Of a DNA stretch of 64,000 bases, positions 59,537-64,000 are shown piece by piece. The stretch lies in assembly GCF_009914755.1 (NCBI RefSeq), contig NC_060947.1. One strand, 5' to 3'. The notes beneath the pieces were generated by a model. That model had not been told where the DNA came from. It saw only the letters and a list, made by a program, of their open reading frames with translations, and did not search any database. The first letter of the stretch is position 1; every line of letters starts with the position of its first letter. Origin of the DNA: the human T2T-CHM13v2.0 reference genome, Homo sapiens. The position numbers and the translations under genes were made by a program.

Positions 59537-62424
59537 GAAAACAGACTGGAGGAAACCCCCATGGAGGCAGTTCTAACATCAGTAGACAACCCTCTCTTCC
59601 ATGCAGTCATAGGGTCCCATTTATTGCATCCATCAAGAGAACCATGTTGAGATTGACAATCCTTCCTGCCATGGGTCCTATTTCACCTCCCATTTGACAC
59701 AAAGAATTTTGCAGGGCACCAACTTGGGATTCTGATATCTGCTTTACTCGGATTCAGAGGAAAACCAATTTTCAAAAATATGTTTGTAATGGCTACCAAC
59801 TTGCCAATGCATTTGCTGAGCTAGAAGTTTTCAGCTCTTTGAAATTTTATCTCCCATGTGCTCCAAGGACTTCCCAAGCACCACAACACCTCTTTTAGTG
59901 TGGCACAGCAGACAGGCTAGTGCACAATACAGGCAGCATAAGGCTCCTCTCACCTGCCTCACAATGGAAGGGGTTTTAAGGCAAAGTCAGAAGGAAAATC
60001 ATTTCTTATGCTAAATAGGCCTTCCCTTTATTCTCCTTAGTAGCAATGAGAAATTCTGAGCGGATGTGTAGGGGGAAAGAACACTTAAGCCTGCACCTGC
60101 AACAGAAATGCAATTTCCCTGCTTTCCAATGGATTTTACTCACCATTGAGCTAACTCTGTTTGTGACCCTGCTGGATTTTGAACTCTTACGCAAATGCAA
60201 CAATTACAGGAAGCCCAAAGGACGCCCCTCAATTCATTGTAAAACCGGGTGTAGGAATGAACTCTCCCAATGAGTAATGCAGTTACATGTCTATGCTAAA
60301 GTGTTCCGACACAGCTTTGAAGTCTTTAATCATAAATCACATTCACAAGCTTCCATCTCCGTCTGTAGCATGCATATAGTGTTGCTACATTACCATTGAA
60401 CTTGGAATAAAAGCCTGTCTTGTGGAGATTATCATAGGACATAAGAGATTATTCTGCTACCGACAGGAAAGGAAGCATGCTAAAAATGCATGAGCTGTCA
60501 AACTAGTGAACTTGCCATGACCTGGAACATCAGAAATACACTGACTGCCTTGAGAGATGAGCCTTTTTGAATTGTGGTTCTATGAGAAGCAATAGCACAT
60601 AGAGTTGGAAGAGTGGGACTACAGGAAATGAATTTAGAAATGAGACCAGAGAATCTTTAATGTCTCTCACAGCATTCAGATTTTCTAAGTTAAAAGTGAT
60701 AAAGACTAATACTGCTCACCCAGAAACTCAGAAGAATAATTAGGGAGTGGAACCTGAGCGAGGGGACCAAATGGAAAGTGGATTACACGATGGAAAGTGG
60801 ATTAAACGATATAAAGTGAAGTCCTAGGGGCAACTAGAAACCAGTGGGGAGGGAGGAATGTGGCAGCCCGGGAAAGATTCCACCGTCTGGAAGGGAAGAG
60901 GAATACAGATTTCAAGGAATTCAGTCTACTGCACATGCCCTTTGGCCTTATCTTTTCCTTTCTTCATGAGATACTTACTTCTGACATGCAACAAGAAGAG
61001 GAAGTCTCCATGGAGAGTTCTCCCGAGTCTCACCATGGATCTTCCATTTCTTGTAAGGCTTTTAAATTAAGGCAAGGATTTATTCTGCATGACGCCTGAA
61101 CTCCTTTTTTTACTCAAAGAGATGATCTGTTAAGAACAGTTTGGGCACAGTGGGAGGAAGTTGGACTGTAGCTCCCTAGGCTCACCATTAATGGATAAAT
61201 TGAATGCTTCCATTTGGGACACGTAAGACAGGGAGTATTTGGAGTCTTTTTTTAGAAGTACACTTAAATGAAAGATCTGTTAAATGCTTTTAAATGACAA
61301 TATTTCAGTTCTTTGTGTCCACAACCACGTGTTCCATAGGGTTCCAAGTCACTCTTTATTAATTTGCAATTACATGCAACTCCCTTGTCTCTCTGCAGTC
61401 TCTTTCTGACATATGCACCTAAAGAGGCTCTGAGGGGGCGTTGAGGAAGCTAATGACCAGCTAGGAGAACATATTTACACTATGCAGACAAATGAGAAAG
61501 AGTCAGTGCAAAAGTCAGTGATAGAGTACTTGCAGTGAACTAAAAGTCACTTGTCGTGCAGTGGAGGAACATTTGCTTACAACTTTAAGGACTGAATAGA
61601 AGCATTGTGAATTTGGGCAATATTTTATGTATGCTTTATCTTGCTGTCAGACATAATTTTTCTCAACATAAAATTTCAATCCTATCTTCAAAGCTCCAAC
61701 CTCACAGCTCAAGTCCAGGTTTTATTATTTTTTTAAGAAGCAGTTTTATGTATCATCAGTGTTAATGAAAACATTATGTTCAATTCTTAAGTTGAATTGT
61801 GGATTTGAAATATGAAGTTCTCAGAACCATATGCTCATGTTCAAAACTGATGTCTTTGTAGCTGTGCCTATTCAGAGCATGAAGATGTATAGAAGTAAAT
61901 GCACATTTGAATGTGCAGGTTATACTTTATCATTAAGGCCAATTATTTATAGAAGCAGAGCAAGCAGAGCACTGTCAAAATGGCTTTAAATAAAACAAAC
62001 AAGCAACTGCAGAAAGGTATGGTTTACAACAGGAATGCTTGCCATGGGATCCTTTATCTTTAGTAGAAAGAGCTGGCCGTGGCTGCTGCAAGCAAAGCGC
62101 TTTAAAGCAGCTGGACAAAATGCTGCAGGAGGGATGCAGCTGGGATCTTCCTCTCTGGAGAGAAGATGGATCCCTTTGAGGGAGACTCAGCTGGCTAGGA
62201 AGCCTCCAATGCACTAGCAAGCTCAGTTCTCTCTGGTAACCATACAGTATTTTCCAGAAACCATATTTTCCAATAACCTTGAATAATAGAAACTTCCTAA
62301 GCTGTCTGGAAAATAAAATAATCTGCTCCTGGAAAGGAGTAGTAAATGCCTTTTAGATCTAGATAAAACATGTAGCTAAAATATTTTTTAAGTAACGATG
62401 ATTTGTGCAGCAGATAATAATACA

Positions 62425-62545
62425 GTTTTCTGACTACAAAGAATCTAGGCTCTGTCACTTCATAGCTGTATGAATGTTTGCAAGTGTCTTAACTAACTTG
62501 AGCCTCAGTTTCCTCATCTGTAAAATGGCAATAAATAACGGCATC
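62425..62545 (+). mobile_element. MIR SINE
   Basis: GAGCCTCAGTTTCCTCATCTGTAAAATGG. Confidence 0.85.
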
Positions 62546-63029
62546 TTTGCTTATTTTTAGAGAAATGCTAATTCATAAATAAATGGCCTTCCCCCCTAAG
62601 TTTAGAGAAAATATCTTTAATATTCTTGTTGCTAGTGACTTACTCCTGTTATTTATTATAGAACTTATAAGATCTTGTCAATGAAATTGTTTAATCTGCT
62701 GGGTGAGCCACTTTTGGTAGGTCCAGATTTAAGTTCGATAAATGTTTAGACATTGTGAACAACTGTGCCTGTTTCAGTCTTCACTTTCCCTTTAAGTTTT
62801 GCACCTGACACTCTGCAATCCTGATATTTTTGTTGATCCAATTCTCCAATTACTTGTTGACCAGAATGTCACTGTTTATATGGCCCATCAAGTTCCAATT
62901 CTAGGAGAACCTATTCTCTTCTTTGCCAAAGATTGCCTTTTGCCAGGTATAGAATATTTTTGGCCTGACTGGATAATCTTTGTACTTATTTATAAACCAT
63001 AATGCTGGCTATAATTATTTTCCTGTTTC

Positions 63030-63452
63030 ACAAAGAGTACTAGCTGCCTAACTAATATCCATTCTCTCTTTCTTAGTTAATAACTTAACCTGATATTATT
63101 CTGGTTGGCCCTGGAGAGGTAAGTGAGAGATGGGATGCAATTTCCAGGAACTCTTCTTAAGAAATAGATAGCATTTGGTATATATACTCTTTCACTTCCC
63201 ATTTCCTGCTTCCTGCTGATTATGGGGACATAATGGCTGGAGCCCCAGTAACCATATTGAACAATGAGGTAATCTTGCATATGGAAGTCACTGCAAAAGA
63301 TGATGGATTATAAACATAAAAACTCATACTTTGTGACCTTGGAGTTACAATTATCGTCTCTGAGTTGCCTACCTTGGAATGACTTTTATGTTAGAAAAAA
63401 TTGATTTTTAAAATCTTGTTTAAGCCCCTGTTCTTTAAGGTCTTGGTTGATG
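63030..63452 (+). mobile_element. MLT1J-type MaLR LTR
   Basis: ATAATGGCTGGAGCCCCAGTAACCATATTG...TGCCTACC...TCTTGTTTAAGCC. Confidence 0.7.
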
Positions 63453-64000
63453 TTTCTAGATGATACAGCACATTTTCCTGAGCATGTGTTCTGAGACCAC
63501 AGCCAACCTAGTAATATTCTAGTAGTGGCTATATTGGTTATACTGAGAAAAGATGCAGAAAAGATATTATAAATATTGCTGGGTCAGTGTTGACAGTGAA
63601 GTTTATGTTTTCAGGGCAAATGTCCTGTCCTTTCCCCCCAGAACATTTAATTCAAATGAAAAATGCTATGAATTTAGACCACAGATTTTATTGAGACAAT
63701 TTCTCTAGACAAGTGCGAATGGATCAGGACCAGAAATTGAAAGCCTTTGTGTTAGTATTCTATATTTCTGTGACTCCCAAATAATAGCACTACCAAACTT
63801 TAAAAAGCACAAACTCAGGGATTAAAATAAAACTATAATCTTGGACTGAAATTTTACTCAAATAGAATGTGGCACAATTCTCAAAATTGAGATTAACAAA
63901 TGCCTTCTTGTCTACATTTTTCCCCCTCTACCAGTGTTTTTTGATCTTCTAGGCCTAATCTTCTTTTAATGTTTTAGATTTGAAATAAATATAGATTCAC

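Noticed and set aside
59303-59697. ORFs with HTHT runs
   Set aside because: They read through a (CA)n repeat.
60098-60142. Minus-strand GTGAGT donor and TTTCTGTTGCAG acceptor pair
   Set aside because: The implied intron is only ~45 nt, too short for a human spliceosomal intron, and no coherent ORF results.

Overview
Primate (very probably human) non-coding genomic DNA: AT-rich, CpG-depleted and dominated by interspersed repeats. I cannot recognise any host protein-coding gene, RNA gene or prokaryotic system. Almost all long ORFs in the track are broken LINE-1 ORF1/ORF2, Alu-derived or low-complexity. Main structures: (1) 6.4-19.4 kb: a full-length L1PA7-like element inserted in a MIR, itself interrupted by an AluY and by a second, co-oriented full-length L1PA6-like element with a short 3' transduction. 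The two L1s share several non-consensus substitutions, suggesting gene conversion, and the outer 5'UTR has a 310-codon antisense ORF ending in an ORF0 homologue. (2) 34-44 kb: an old L1M split by a TSD-bounded composite (L1P4-type 5' half + 5'-inverted L1MA2 + AluSp), plus a micro-inversion and a tail-less L1PA/L1PBa patch. (3) 50.6-57.3 kb: a ~600-bp inverted duplication of an ancient L3/CR1 segment with a 55-bp perfect core, enclosing ~5.5 kb; this is the most unusual signal. Also present: MADE1/MADE2 MITEs, MLT1 LTRs, MIR/L2 relics, a probable AluYa5, and a perfect SOX-OCT composite motif just upstream of the outer L1. Subfamily names come from recalled consensus sequences and need RepeatMasker/Dfam confirmation. 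Boundaries of old repeats are approximate.
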